This document shows, piece by piece, positions 49,315-62,604 of a stretch of DNA of 64,000 nt. The DNA comes from Macrostomum lignano (taxonomy: Eukaryota), in contig NIVC01003606.1 of assembly GCA_002269645.1 (NCBI GenBank), positions 1 to 64,000 on the forward strand. Reading direction: 5' to 3'. Numbering within the stretch: the first letter of the stretch is position 1; every line of letters starts with the position of its first letter. A program made the translations under genes and the position numbers. The notes below the pieces were generated by a model. It worked only from the letters and a program-made list of their open reading frames with translations. It did not search any database and was not told the origin of the DNA.

Positions 49315-50654
49315 GGCGTCTTCGCTGTTCAGAAACTATCAGTGCTTCGTTCTCGAGCTCGAGTTAACTGGATTTAGCCGGAGTGACCGCGCTAAGCCAA
49401 GACTGCTCTGCCGCCTCTGATATTGCCAGCTTTCTCTTCCTGCATCGCCACTCCTCAATCCCTGGCCCAGTGAGCAGCCCTCAGCTCTGCGATCCCCCGT
49501 CCCTCCGCCCTCCACCCCATTATTCTCCCGTTTGTCCCAGCGCCACTCGCAATTTCGTTCCTCGCCCGGTCTCCAGTGCAGAGCCTCAGCTTCGCCGCCC
49601 ACCCCAAACTAACGCGCCTACCCACGCCAAGCAGAGTGGTTACCATGACAACCGAGGCCGCGCACGAAATCAGCAGGCTCTGCCCGGTTGCCAACCAAAA
49701 AGTCCTCACTCAAAAAAGCTTGTACCGGGCTAGGCTTTCCTCCGCAGACTGCAGCCCCCCCCCCCCCCTACAAGACCCGCCAGCTGCCCTCGCCCCATCG
49801 TGTGGGTGAGCAGGAACAGCTGAAATAGAGGAACTGCCTATCACCATCTGTTGATCAAGTCAGTTATGCATTTAATTCCCATCAGTTCTGACTTGTGGAA
49901 GCCGACGGCTCCCATCCTGTCCCCACCCACCGGTTGTGCGTGACGCTCAATCTAGTGCCTGAGCCAGCGGACCGCATTGTTTCATGACCAGCAGCAGCAG
50001 CCACTTAGATATAGTGTTTTATCCCAGCTATCTGTTGTACTACACCACCTGTCCTCATCTATCCGACCTCGCTATCCTCATGAGCTCTTCCTCATGCATG
50101 CCGGGAGCAGTTTTTAAACTGTACACTCCCAATTCTTACTCTGCTCAAACAGAGCCTTCTTTCTCCTCCTATTGCTTCGATTTTTGGGATAATAAAAAGG
50201 GCAGAATGGGAGACGGACGAGCCGGCACCTCACCCCATGGTTTCCTGTTTATCCTGCAGCCCAGTCATCCCCCGCAGGCTGCAGTAGCGTGCTGAATTTT
50301 TTAGTTTTCTTACTACGAGTACAATGATTTGTCCCGGCAATTGGCCTGACGCCAGGTCTCCCAGTGACGGTCTGATGCTCGTCAGCGGTTTTGTTTGCTA
50401 CAAGCTTATCTAGCCTAGACCTTCCTCTGAAGTTAGTGACGATACTAGCAATTTTAGCACATTTTCTTAAGAACCAATTTCTTCTTAAGTTTAAAAAATT
50501 TAAATTAAAAAATTCATTTTAAGAATGAACCTTTTTCAAAGTAAAATTGTCGCAGACAAATATGTTTACTATGAATCTCTTTTTTTCTAAAATTAACAAA
50601 GACGACAAAATAAAGCTTTCACAAAGATAACAGACATCCCCCCTAAATAGAAAA

Positions 50655-52000
50655 CATCCCCCAGATAGCAAGCGATTCCCAGATAGCAAGCATCCCCCAG
50701 ATAGCAAGCATCCTGCAGATAGCAAGCATCCCTCAGATAGCAAGCATCTCCCAGATAGCAAGCATCCCCCAGATAGCAAGCACCCCCCAGATAGCAAGCA
50801 TCCCCCAGATAGCAAGCATCCCCCAGATAGCAAGCATCCCGCAGATAGCAAGCATCCCCCAGATAGCAAGCATCCCCCAGATAGCAAGCATCCCCCAGAT
50901 AGCAAGCATCCTGCAGATAGCAAGCACCCCCCAGATAGCAAGCATCCCTCAGATAGCAAGCATCCCCCAGATAGCAAGCATCTCCCAGATAGCAAGCATC
51001 CCTCAGATAGCAAGCATCTTCCAGATAGCAAGCATCCCACAGAGGGGGGCCGTAGCCCAGCGGTAGCGCAGCTGCTCTGGTGTGCCGCGACCCAGGCTCG
51101 ATTCCAAGTGCAGTCACATTAATTTGGGGCTGGATTGGAATCTTGGCTTGGCTCGCTTGTGCAATTAACGGCCTTGAGAGTCAACCCCCCCCCCCAAGGC
51201 GCAGTGAAGTGTACATGCCTAACAATTGATAAAGTTAGGGCCGCTGTACACTCCTGTGTGAGTGTGTGCCTGCGTAACGTATCCGCGCGCTTGTATGCCT
51301 GCTCAGGGGAGTCGGCGGAATGGGCAGTTAATGCCTCTCGCCGGTTGTGTGCCAATGACGCTTAAATTGCGACAGGGTGCACACAACCTCCCTGCCTCTA
51401 AAAAAAATAAAAAAAGCATCCCCCAGATAGCAAGCACCCCCCAGATAGCAAGCATCCCCCAGATAGCAAGCATCCCCCAGATAGCAAGCATCCCCCAGAT
51501 AGCAAGCATCCCCCAGATAGCAAGCACCCCCCAGATAGCAAGCATCCCCCAGATAGCAAGCATCCCCCAGATAGCAAGTACCCCCAGATAGCAAGCATCT
51601 CCCAGATAGCAAGCATCCCTCAGATAGCAAGCATCCCCCAGATAGCAAGCACCCCCAGATAGCAAGCATCCTGCAGATAGCAAGCATCCCCCAGATAGCA
51701 AGCACCCCCCAGATAGCAAGCATCCCCCAGATAGCAAGCATCCCCCAGATAGCAAGCATCCCCCAGATAGCAAGCATCCCCCAGATAGCAAGCATCCTGC
51801 AGATAGCAAACATCCCCCAGATAGCAAGCATCCCTCAGATAGCAAGCATCCCCCAGATAGCAAGCATCCTGCAGATAGCAAACATCCCCCAGATAGCAAG
51901 CATCCCTCAGATAGCAAGCATCCCCCAGATAGCAAGCATCCTGCAGATAGCAAACATCCCCCAGATAGCAAGCATCCCTCAGAGAGCAAGCATCTCCCCG
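50655..52000. repeat. Minisatellite, 18-bp unit (CCCAGATAGCAAGCATCC), interrupted by a SINE
   Basis: The array runs on both sides of 51044-51415. Confidence 0.95.
51044..51415 (+). mobile_element. tRNA-derived SINE, head type I, full length, inserted in a minisatellite
   Basis: Highly similar to 46914-47273, with an A-rich tail at 51400-51415. Confidence 0.9.
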
Positions 52001-52039
52001 ATAGTCTGCCCAATCCGCTGACTCGTGAGCACATACGAG

Positions 52040-52310
52040 CATACAAGCGCCAATACTGTACGCTGACACGCACACGCTCACACAGGGTGTACACAGCGGC
52101 TCTGACTGTCTAATCGTCAGGCATGTACACTCTCCGTGCCTTAGGGAGGGGGGTTGGCCCTCATGAGTGTACATTGCACTACATCCCCCTCCCCGCCCAA
52201 TATTCGTGCACACCAGCCCCAAATGAATGCGTTTGCACGCGGAATCGAACCAGGGGTCCTGTGACGCGATGAGTCTGCCGCGTTAATCTCTGAGCTGCTC
52301 TGCTCCCAGT
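52040..52310 (-). mobile_element. tRNA-derived SINE, head type II
   Basis: Minus strand reads CAGCTCAGAGATTAACGCG...GGTTCGATTCC, followed by the shared core. Confidence 0.7.
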
Positions 52311-52833
52311 AGCTCTGCTAAAAGCTTCTGTTATGCCAGTGCTCGCGCAGGAGCAAAACTGCGGAAACTTTACTGCTTTTGCTATTGCTAATGGCCTGGC
52401 TTTGTCAGGGAGAGAGGGAGACGCGCGTAGAGACAGAGATGCAATACAGATGATGCGATCGCAGATGCTGTCAGGGCTTCTGAATTTCCGGCCTTAACAA
52501 CGCGCTTTCAGAATTTTATAGACCCAGCCGCCGATGCAGCATTGGGTGAGAGTCTGCGGGAGAGATGGAGAGAAAGAGGTTGATGCCGTGTGGGCCAGCA
52601 TCTGCTGCTATCCGCTAGGCACCAAGTCCGTTGTTTATCGCGGCTGAGACCGCTGGCCTGCAAATATTTGCCTTGTATGGAAATGCGCTAGGAAAGACGC
52701 GAAGAGAGAAAGTTGCAAAAGCAAACAGGTCGATTTAGACTGCAACAGCTTGGCAACTGGCATCGGCGACGGGGCCCAACACGGACAGCTTGACGGCTTA
52801 GCAAATCTAAAAAATTAAAGAAGTGGAATTGCG

Positions 52834-52921
52834 ATGCACTGCAGCAGCTGGGCGGCTCTGCTGCGGATGGTCGGCTGCTGCATCTGCCTGCCTCTGCTCA
52901 CCAGCTGTGCCGACTACTCTT
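52834..52921 (+). CDS. Putative orphan secreted/membrane protein, exon 1 (signal peptide)
   Basis: MHCSSWAALLRMVGCCICLPLLTSCADYS followed by T|gtgagt (phase 1). Confidence 0.55.
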
Positions 52922-52944
52922 GTGAGTTTCTGTTGGTCTGCGTG

Positions 52945-52980
52945 TCTGTCTGTCCGTCTGTCTGTCTGCCTGTTCTGTCT

Positions 52981-53043
<63 letters not shown>

Positions 53044-53094
53044 TAGTGTCTGTCTGTCTGTCTATCTGTTTGTCTGTCTGTCTGTCCGTCTTAG

Positions 53095-53156
<62 letters not shown>

Positions 53157-53180
53157 CCTGTCCTGTCTGTCTGTCTGTCT
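52945..53180. repeat. (TCTG)n microsatellite
   Basis: Tetranucleotide run. Confidence 0.96.
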
Positions 53181-53494
53181 GTGGGCCTGTCTGCTAGTGC
53201 CTGTTTCCATGGTAACAAGCTAAGCTCCGCTCACCCGCAGACTCCAGCAGTCGCTATGTCAAACTACCTCTAGCCGCGCTGAGACAGCAACCATGGCAAA
53301 GTTTAAATGCAGATGAAAGCATTAAAAGCGTAAGCGGCACTCTCTGCCGACACTTTGCAGCCACATCACATCGCAGTCAAAGTGCTTTATACTTTTTTCT
53401 CATGGTAGTTCTACCGTCGGACTGGCAGCTGAACGATGTGCAGATCAAGAGTGAGTGCACACTGTCTTCTGCGCCCTTTATTCCTAGAGCCGTC

Positions 53495-56400
53495 TCACTC
53501 CCTCCCAATAGGCACCCCTCATTCCTTCAGCCTCCTCACTCCCCCCAAATGGACACCCCTCATTCCTACAGCCTCACTCCCCCCAAATGGACACCCCTCA
53601 TTCCTACAGCCTCCTCACTCCCCCCAAATAGACGCCCCTCATTCCTACAGCCTCCTCACTCCCCTCAAATAGACGCCCCTCATTCCTACAGCCTCCTCAC
53701 TCCCCCCAAATAGGCACCCCTCATTCCTACAGCCTCCTCACTCCCCCCAAATGGACACCCCTCATTCCTACAGCCTCACTCCCCGCAAATGGACACCCCT
53801 CATTCCTACAGCCTCCTCACTCCCCCCAAATGGACACCCCTCATTCCTACAGCCTCCTCACTCCCCCCAAATAGACGCCCCTCATTCCTACAGCCTCCTC
53901 ACTCCCCCAAATGGACACCCCTCATTCCTACAGCCTCCTCACTCCCCCCAAATAGGCACCCCTTATTCCTACAGCCTCCTCACTCCCCCAAATGGACACC
54001 CCTCATTCCTACAGCCTCACTCCCCGCAAATGGACACCCCTCATTCCTACAGCCTCCTCACTCCCCCCAAATGGACACCCCTCATTCCTACAGCCTCCTC
54101 ACTCCCCCCCAATAGACGCCCCTCATTCCTACAGCCTCACTCCCCCCAAATGGACACCCCTCATTCCTACAGCCTCACTCCCCGCAAATGGACACCCCTC
54201 ATTCCTACAGCCTCCTCACTCCCCCCAAATAGACGCCCCTCATTCCTACAGCCTCCTCACTCCCCCCAAATGGACACCCCTCATTCCTACAGCCTCCTCA
54301 CTCCCCCCAAATGGATACCCCTCATTCCTACAGCCTCACTCCCCGCAAATGGACACCCCTCATTCCTACAGCCTCCTCACTCCCCCCAAATGGACACCCC
54401 TCATTCCTACAGCCTCCTCACTCCCCCCAAATAGACGCCCCTCATTCCTACAGCCTCACTCCCCCCAAATGGACACCCCTCATTCCTACAGCCTCCTCAC
54501 TCCCCCAAATGGACACCCCTCATTCCTACAGCCTCCTCACTCCCCCCAATAGACGCCCCTCATTCCTACAGCCTCACTCCCCCAAATGGACACCCCTCAT
54601 TCCTACAGCCTCACTCCCCGCAAATGGACACCCCTCATTCCTACAGCCTCCTCACTCCCCCCAAATGGACACCCCTCATTCCTACAGCCTCACTCCCCCC
54701 AAATGGACACCCCTCATTGGACACCCCTCATTCCTACAGCCTCCTCACTCCCCCCAAATAGACGCCCATCATTCCTACAGCCTCCTCACTCCCCTCAAAT
54801 AGACGCCCCTCATTCCTACAGCCTCCTCACTCCCCCCAAATAGGCACCCCTCATTCCTACAGCCTCCTCACTCCCCCCAAATGGACACCCCTCATTCCTA
54901 CAGCCTCACTCCCCGCAAATGGACACCCCTCATTCCTACAGCCTCCTCACTCCCCCCAAAATGGACACCCCTCATTCCTGCAGCCTCCTCACTCCCCCCA
55001 AATAGACGCCCCTCATTCCTACAGCCTCCTCACTCCACCCAAATGGACACCCCTCATTCCTACAGCCTCCTCACTCCCCCCAAATAGACGCCCCTCATTC
55101 CTACAGCCTCCTCACTCCCCCCAAATGGACACCCCTCATTCCTACAGCCTCCTCACTCCCCCCAAATGGACACCCCTCATTCCTACAGCCTCACTCCCCC
55201 AAATGGACACCCCTCATTCCTACAGCCTCCTCACTCCCCCCAAATAGACGCCCCTCATTCCTACAGCCTCCTCACTCCCCTCAAATAGACGCCCCTCATT
55301 CCTACAGCCTCCTCACTCCCCCCAAATAGGCACCCCTCATTCCTACAGCCTCCTCACTCCCCCCAAATGGACACCCCTCATTCCTACAGCCTCACTCCCC
55401 GCAAATGGACACCCCTCATTCCTACAGCCTCCTCACTCCCCCCAAATGGACACCCCTCATTCCTACAGCCTCCTCACTCCCCCCAAATAGACGCCCCTCA
55501 TTCCTACAGCCTCCTCACTCCCCCCAAATGGACACCCCTCATTCCTACAGCCTCCTCACTCCCCCCAAATAGGCACCCCTTATTCCTACAGCCTCCTCAC
55601 TCCCCCCAAATGGACACCCCTCATTCCTACAGCCTCACTCCCCGCAAATGGACACCCCTCATTCCTACAGCCTCCTCACTCCCCCCAAATGGACACCCCT
55701 CATTCCTACAGCCTCCTCACTCCCCCCCCCCCAATAGACGCCCCTCATTCCTACAGCCTCACTCCCCCCAAATGGACACCCCTCATTCCTACAGCCTCAC
55801 TCCCCGCAAATGGACACCCCTCATTCCTACAGCCTCCTCACTCCCCCCCCAAATAGACGCCCCTCATTCCTACAGCCTCCTCACTCCCCCCAAATGGACA
55901 CCCCTCATTCCTACAGCCTCCTCACTCCCCCCAAATAGACGCCCCTCATTCCTACAGCCTCCTCACTCCCCCAAATGGACACCCCTCATTCCTACAGCCT
56001 CCTCACTCCCCCCAAATAGGCACCCCTTATTCCTACAGCCTCCTCACTCCCCCAAAATGGACACCCCTCATTCCTACAGCCTCACTCCCCGCAAATGGAC
56101 ACCCCTCATTCCTACAGCCTCCTCACTCCCCCAAATGGACACCCCTCATTCCTACAGCCTCCTCACTCCCCCCCAATAGACGCCCCTCATTCCTACAGCC
56201 TCACTCCCCCCAAATGGACACCCCTCATTCCTACAGCCTCACTCCCCGCAAATGGACACCCCTCATTCCTACAGCCTCCTCACTCCCCCAAATGGACACC
56301 CCTCATTCCTACAGCCTCACTCCCCCCAAATGGACACCCCTCATTCCTACAGCCTCCTCACTCCCCCCAAATAGACGCCCCTCATTCCTACAGCCTCCTC

Positions 56401-59355
56401 ACTCCCCTCAAATAGACGCCCCTCATTCCTACAGCCTCCTCACTCCCCCAAATAGGCACCCCTCATTCCTACAGCCTCCTCACTCCCCCCAAATGGACAC
56501 CCCTCATTCCTACAGCCTCACTCCCCGCAAATGGACACCCCTCATTCCTACAGCCTCCTCACTCCCCCCAAAATGGACACCCCTCATTCCTACAGCCTCC
56601 TCACTCCCCCCAAATGGACACCCCTCATTCCTACAGCCTCCTCACTCCCCCCAAATAGACGCCCCTCATTCCTACAGCCTCCTCACTCCCCCCAAATGGA
56701 CACCCCTCATTCCTACAGCCTCCTCACTCCCCCCAAATAGGCACCCCTTATTCCTACAGCCTCCTCACTCCCCCGAAATGGACACCCCTCATTCCTACAG
56801 CCTCACTCCCCGCAAATGGACACCCCTCATTCCTACAGCCTCCTCACTCCCCCCAAATGGACACCCCTCATTCCTACAGCCTCCTTACTCCCCCCCAATA
56901 GACGCCCCTCATTCCTACAGCCTCACTCCCCCCAAATGGACACCCCTCATTCCTACAGCCTCACTCCCCGCAAATGGACACCCCTCATTCCTACAGCCTC
57001 CTCACTCCCCCCAAATGGACACCCCTCATTCCTACAGCCTCACTCCCCCCAAATGGACACCCCTCATTCCTACAGCCTCCTCACTCCCCCAAATAGACGC
57101 CCCTCATTCCTACAGCCTCCTCACTCCCCTCAAATAGACGCCCCTCATTCCTACAGCCTCCTCACTCCCCCCAAATAGGCACCCCTCATTCCTACAGCCT
57201 CCTCACTCCCCCAAATGGACACCCCTCATTCCTACAGCCTCACTCCCCGCAAATGGACACCCCTCATTCCTACAGCCTCCTCACTCCCCCAAATGGACAC
57301 CCCTCATTCCTACAGCCTCCTCACTCCCCCCAAATAGACGCCCCTCATTCCTACAGCCTCCTCACTCCCCCCAAATGGACACCCCTCATTCCTACAGCCT
57401 CCTCACTCCCCCCAAATAGACGCCCCTCATTCCTACAGCCTCCTCACTCCCCCAAATGGACACCCCTCATTCCTACAGCCTCCTCACTCCCCCAAATGGA
57501 CACCCCTCATTCCTACAGCCTCACTCCCCGCAAATGGACACCCCTCATTCCTACAGCCTCCTCACTCCCCCCAAATGGACACCCCTCATTCCTACAGCCT
57601 CCTCACTCCCCCCCAATAGACGCCCCTCATTCCTACAGCCTCACTCCCCCCAAATGGACACCCCTCATTCCTACAGCCTCACTCCCCGCAAATGGACACC
57701 CCTCATTCCTACAGCCTCCTCACTCCCCCCAAATGGACACCCCTCATTCCTACAGCCTCACTCCCCCCAAATGGACACCCCTCATTCCTACAGCCTCCTC
57801 ACTCCCCCCAAATAGACGCCCCTCATTCCTACAGCCTCCTCACTCCCCCCAAATAGGCACCCCTCATTCCTACAGCCTCCTCACTCCCCCCAAATGGACA
57901 CCCCTCATTCCTACAGCCTCACTCCCCGCAAATGGACACCCCTCATTCCTACAGCCTCCTCACTCCCCCAAAATGGACACCCCTCATTCCTACAGCCTCC
58001 TCACTCCCCCCAAATAGACGCCCCTCATTCCTACAGCCTCCTCACTCCCCCCAAATGGACACCCCTCATTCCTACAGCCTCACTCCCCGCAAATGGACAC
58101 CCCTCATTCCTACAGCCTCCTCACTCCCCCCAAATGGACACCCCTCATTCCTACAGCCTCCTCACTCCCCCCAAATAGGCACCCCTTATTCCTACAGCCT
58201 CCTCACTCCCCCGAAATGGACACCCCTCATTCCTACAGCCTCACTCCCCGAAAATGGACACCCCTCATTCCTACAGCCTCCTCACTCCCCCCAAATGGAC
58301 ACCCCTCATTCCTACAGCCTCCTTACTCCCCCCCCCAATAGACGCCCCTCATTCCTACAGCCTCACTCCCCCCAAATGGACACCCCTCATTCCTACAGCC
58401 TCACTCCCCGCAAATGGACACCCCTCATTCCTACAGCCTCCTCACTCCCCCCAAATGGACACCCCTCATTCCTACAGCCTCACTCCCCCAAATGGACACC
58501 CCTCATTCCTACAGCCTCCTCACTCCCCCCAAATAGACGCCCCTCATTCCTACAGCCTCCTCACTCCCCTCAAATAGACGCCCCTCATTCCTACAGCCTC
58601 CTCACTCCCCCCAAATAGGCACCCCTCATTCCTACAGCCTCCTCACTCCCCCAAATGGACACCCCTCATTCCTACAGCCTCACTCCCCGCAAATGGACAC
58701 CCCTCATTCCTACAGCCTCCTCACTCCCCCAAATGGACACCCCTCATTCCTACAGCCTCCTCACTCCCCCAAATAGACGCCCCTCATTCCTACAGCCTCC
58801 TCACTCCCCCCAAATGGACACCCCTCATTCCTACAGCCTCCTCACTCCCCCAAATAGACGCCCCTCATTCCTACAGCCTCCTCACTCCCCCAAATGGACA
58901 CCCCTCATTCCTACAGCCTCCTCACTCCCCCAAATAGGCACCCCTTATTCCTACAGCCTCCTCACTCCCCCCAAATGGACACCCCTCATTCCTACAGCCT
59001 CACTCCCCGCAAATGGACACCCCTCATTCCTACAGCCTCCTCACTCCCCCCAAATGGACACCCCTCATTCCTACAGCCTCCTCACTCCCCCCAAATAGAC
59101 GCCCCTCATTCCTACAGCCTCACTCCCCGCAAATGGACACCCCTCTTTCCTAAAGTCTCACTCCCTATAGACACCCTCATTTCTACAGCCTCCCCACTCC
59201 TTCCTAATGGAGACCCCGCATTCCTACAGCCTCCCCAGTCCTTCCTAATGGAGAACCCTCATTCCTACAGCCTCCCCAGTCTTTCCTAATGGAGACCCCT
59301 CATTCCTACAGCCTCCTCAGTCCTTCCTAATGGAGACCCCTCATTCCTACAGCCT
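53495..59355. repeat. Large minisatellite, 38-41-bp unit (AAATGGACACCCCTCATTCCTACAGCCTCCTCACTCCCCCC), ~5.9 kb
   Basis: Tandem array; it explains all MDTPHSYS ORFs. Confidence 0.98.
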
Positions 59356-59393
59356 CACTGTCAACCTCAGCTACTCCCTGTTGTTGATTTCAG

Positions 59394-59623
59394 TGACTGA
59401 ACCGCCCAAAGGAAGTATTGATGCAATGGCAGCCATGACAGCCAGAATGACAGATGAGCTGTCTGGGAAACTCGGACAAGGCTGCAGCTGCCCCAGAGAG
59501 GTGCTACCGCAAAGCAACCGAACCCACAGCTGGTTTCCCGCGGAGCCGAACGGATCGCCGTGGGTTCGCATGCAGACGTGGTTCAGCTTGGATCGGCGCA
59601 CATTTCGAGCGTCCGTCCAGCGG
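59394..59623 (+). CDS. Putative orphan protein, exon 2 (3' end uncertain)
   Basis: gatttcag|TG (phase 1, matching exon 1), then TEPPKGSIDAM...GQGCSCPREVLP...TFRASVQR. Candidate donors at 59624 or 59739. Confidence 0.5.
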
Positions 59624-59896
59624 GTGTGGCTCTTTTGCTTGCCATTTTTAGCAATTTTTACGCGACTACTTACAGTAGCTGTATCCTATTTTTTATTCCG
59701 GACATTTTCAGCTCGAACAGATGAGTCACGTGATCATGGTATTCCACAACGATCCGGAAATAGAGGAAGCTGTTTTCGGATTTTTAGTCAACAAGCCCTT
59801 GAAGGGTTGGTCAACTTTTTTGACGATATCTTTTGATTGATTAACTTGCATAGAGAAAAAGTCACTTAACTGATCCTCAATCAACAATCAATTTAG

Positions 59897-60003
59897 GTAT
59901 TGAAATCTTCACTGGCGTGATGTCGGCTCTGGCTGTGTGCTTCTCGCTGACCATCATGGTTATGACGGCCACCTACCTGCGCAGCACAGCAGTCTCCAAA
60001 TCT
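59897..60003 (+). CDS. Putative orphan protein, transmembrane exon
   Basis: atttag|GT, then IEIFTGVMSALAVCFSLTIMVMTATYLRSTAVSKS, then |gtgagc. Confidence 0.55.
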
Positions 60004-60164
60004 GTGAGCTAGCGAATTTGACACAGATATATCTAATAGGGGAATTAGACTGATTGGGTCATGGAATCTAAAAGACGTGTTGTTTTTCACGTGTTGTTTG
60101 TCTGTCTGTGTGTGTCTAAGGATTAGAACAATCTTTAAGGGTATTCGCAAGGCTGGGTTAGAAA

Positions 60165-60450
60165 TACTGAAGTCGGAGATTTGGTGATGGGGAATTAGGG
60201 AGGCTGGTCGGAAAATCTGTGATGGGGAATTAGGGAGGCTGGATTGGAGAATCAGTGATGGGGAATTAGAGAGGCCTGGATCGGAGAATCAGTTATGGTG
60301 AATCAGGGAGGCTGGATTGGAGAATCAGTGAAGGGGAATTAGGGAGGCTGGATTGGAGAATCAGTGAAGGGGAATCAGGGAGGCTGGATTGGAAAATCAG
60401 TGATGGGGAATTAGGGAGGCTGGATTGGAGAATCAGTGATGGGGAATCGG
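60165..60450. repeat. Minisatellite, ~36-bp unit (GGCTGGATTGGAGAATCAGTGATGGGGAATTAGGGA)
   Basis: Tandem array. Confidence 0.92.
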
Positions 60451-60552
60451 CTAGTTGTAATAGTCAATTTCTATAGTGAATTATTTCAATGACAATTGTC
60501 AAAGTAAAGTTCAAAGTTTGAACCCTCGAACAATACGCATGCACCGCAACAG

Positions 60553-60663
60553 TGCTCGGGAGACCGATCGGGCGGACCCAACTCGCGGTGCCTGAACTCC
60601 TACTGCGATACGGGCAGAGAGCGAGAGCAATTCCCGCCGGACACAGGGATCTACATGGGCTGA
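60553..60663 (+). CDS. Putative orphan protein, possible last exon
   Basis: gcaacag|TGC (phase 0), then CSGDRSGGPNSRCLNSYCDTG...IYMG*. Support comes only from phase and GC composition. Confidence 0.3.
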   Translation, partial: CSGDRSGGPNSRCLNSYCDTGREREQFPPDTGIYMG

Positions 60664-60944
60664 AATTCTGTGCTGCGCCACCACTATAGACACTTGGGCC
60701 CGAACGCACCAGGACAATGTACATGTCACTGGCCTGGTACTGACTAAGCAATATATTTTGCTCAAAGTTTACTCCAGAATGAACATATACATGATCTCCT
60801 GTTTATTGTGTCTAATTTTTCTAAAACACTTGCCGCTGAGTAGAATAATAACTTGCAAATTCAGTAATTTTTCAGTAATCCTTTTCACTGCGCTTATCAA
60901 ATAAACGGTGCATCATTTTTCAGTGACTCAACGTCAAAAATGCT

Positions 60945-61490
60945 CTGACTTCGGGCTCATATATGCTCTGACTTGGGGCTCATGCTCTGACTTGGGGCTC
61001 ATACATGCTCTGACTTGGGGCTCATGCTCTGACTTGGGGCTCACACAAGCTCCGACTTGGGGCTCATATATGCTCTAATTTGGGGCTGATATATCCTCTG
61101 ACTTGGGGCTCATATATGCTGACTGAGGGCTCATATATCCTCTGCTTGGGCTCATATATGCTCTGCTTGAGGCTCATAGATGCTGACTTGGGGCTCATAT
61201 ATCCTCTGCTTGGGGCTCATATGCTCAGACCTGGGGCTCATATATGCTGACTTAGGGCTCATATATCCTCTGCTTGGGGCTCATATATGCTCTGCTTGAG
61301 GCTCATAGATGCTGACTTGGGGCTCATATATCCTCTGCTTGAGGCTCATATATCGTCTGACTTGGGGCTCATATATGCTCTAATTTATGGGTCATAGATG
61401 CTCTGACTTGGGGCTCATATATGCTCTAATTTATGGGTCATAGATGCTCTGACTTGGGGCTCATATATGCTCTGACTTGGGGCTCATACG
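60945..61490. repeat. Degenerate minisatellite, ~21-25-bp unit (GCTCTGACTTGGGGCTCATATAT)
   Basis: Tandem array. Confidence 0.92.
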
Positions 61491-62604
61491 GGGCTCTCGA
61501 TTTTTCAGAAACATTAACCAAGAAAATATGGCGTTTGAAAAGGCATGATTTAGGCTACTGATGAACAAAGCGACTTTAATTATCTGAGCTGTTCCATCTC
61601 TGAGCACTAATTGCCCCATTGGTTCCCCAGGGATTGCTAAAAATCATTCAGGAACTCAAGAAATCGCTGGCTGTTTTCAGCTAAGAGTAAGTTAAAACTG
61701 AATGCAGATTCAAAGTGTTTCGAAAGGGCTGAACTGCCTTTCCAACCAAGTCTTAATGGTCAATGATGGAACTGCCACGCAGCATCAAAGTGAATTGTTG
61801 ACCAAAGAGCTGTTGAGAAGCCCTGCTCAGCAGCATCAATCAATCTCTTTGACGGCAAGAGTCCCTCGGGGTCGGCCACTGGACAGTGGGCAAATTCTGC
61901 ATAAAATGGCGAGTGGTTCGACCTCGCCCCCATTGCGTCAACTGCCACAACTTGACAGGGCCTTCTCAATCTAACAGGTGAGAAGAACTCAGCTCTTGTG
62001 TCAATCAATTTACTAAGCCATGCAGCATTTTGTAGGCCATGAAACTCAATGGAAGCAGTCGCTTTTCACCCAACTCAAAACACTGTTATAATTGAATCGG
62101 CGCGTTGGTCTCATTCGCGATTCTGTATACCAGCAGTCCAAAACCCGCTGCCGACACTGTCGATGCCATCTGAGCCCCGGCTGCTGTCCGTTGGGACCTT
62201 GCCGGACTGGGTGGGGCGCTCAATGCTCTTGGAGTCTAGCAGGGGAGTTGCTGAACTGCTCAGGTGGCTCAAGAGCCGATAGCGCCTCAAACTGATGCAA
62301 TTAATACTAGGGTGCCCCATGCTAGCCCCAAAAATGCCGCAGCTGCAGACAAGGGCACTGAATTATTCACAATCACAAGCTGGTAGCTTATAAAGTCCAC
62401 AAGGAAAGCGAGTCGAAGAGGCACCGACCGACCGCTCGCAACCAACCGATCGACAGAGAAGCCATAGCCAGCCTTACCTCAGCTAGTCCATTGTTCGACA
62501 AAATTAATCGGGGAAAAAGGTAGAACAAAACCCATCGGCCGAATCTTTTTATCAACAATCTTGCATAATAATCACCCAACCCTGCAGGATCCAAACTTGA
62601 AGCC

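Noticed and set aside
50325-50400. C/D-box snoRNA or Pol III RNA (ATGATT..CTGA..CTGA..TTTT)
   Set aside because: Box C is imperfect, there is no terminal stem, and no recognisable guide; too weak without a covariance search.
53402-59289. Dozens of long ORFs (MDTPHSYS...) and similar repetitive ORFs at 2.9, 10.2, 11.9, 15.4, 37.2, 38.3, 46.2 and 50.5 kb
   Set aside because: They are translations of stop-poor tandem repeats lying in introns or intergenic DNA, open in several frames at once.
61700-62330. Short ORFs on both strands upstream of the peptide precursor
   Set aside because: No recognisable motif or consistent splice model.
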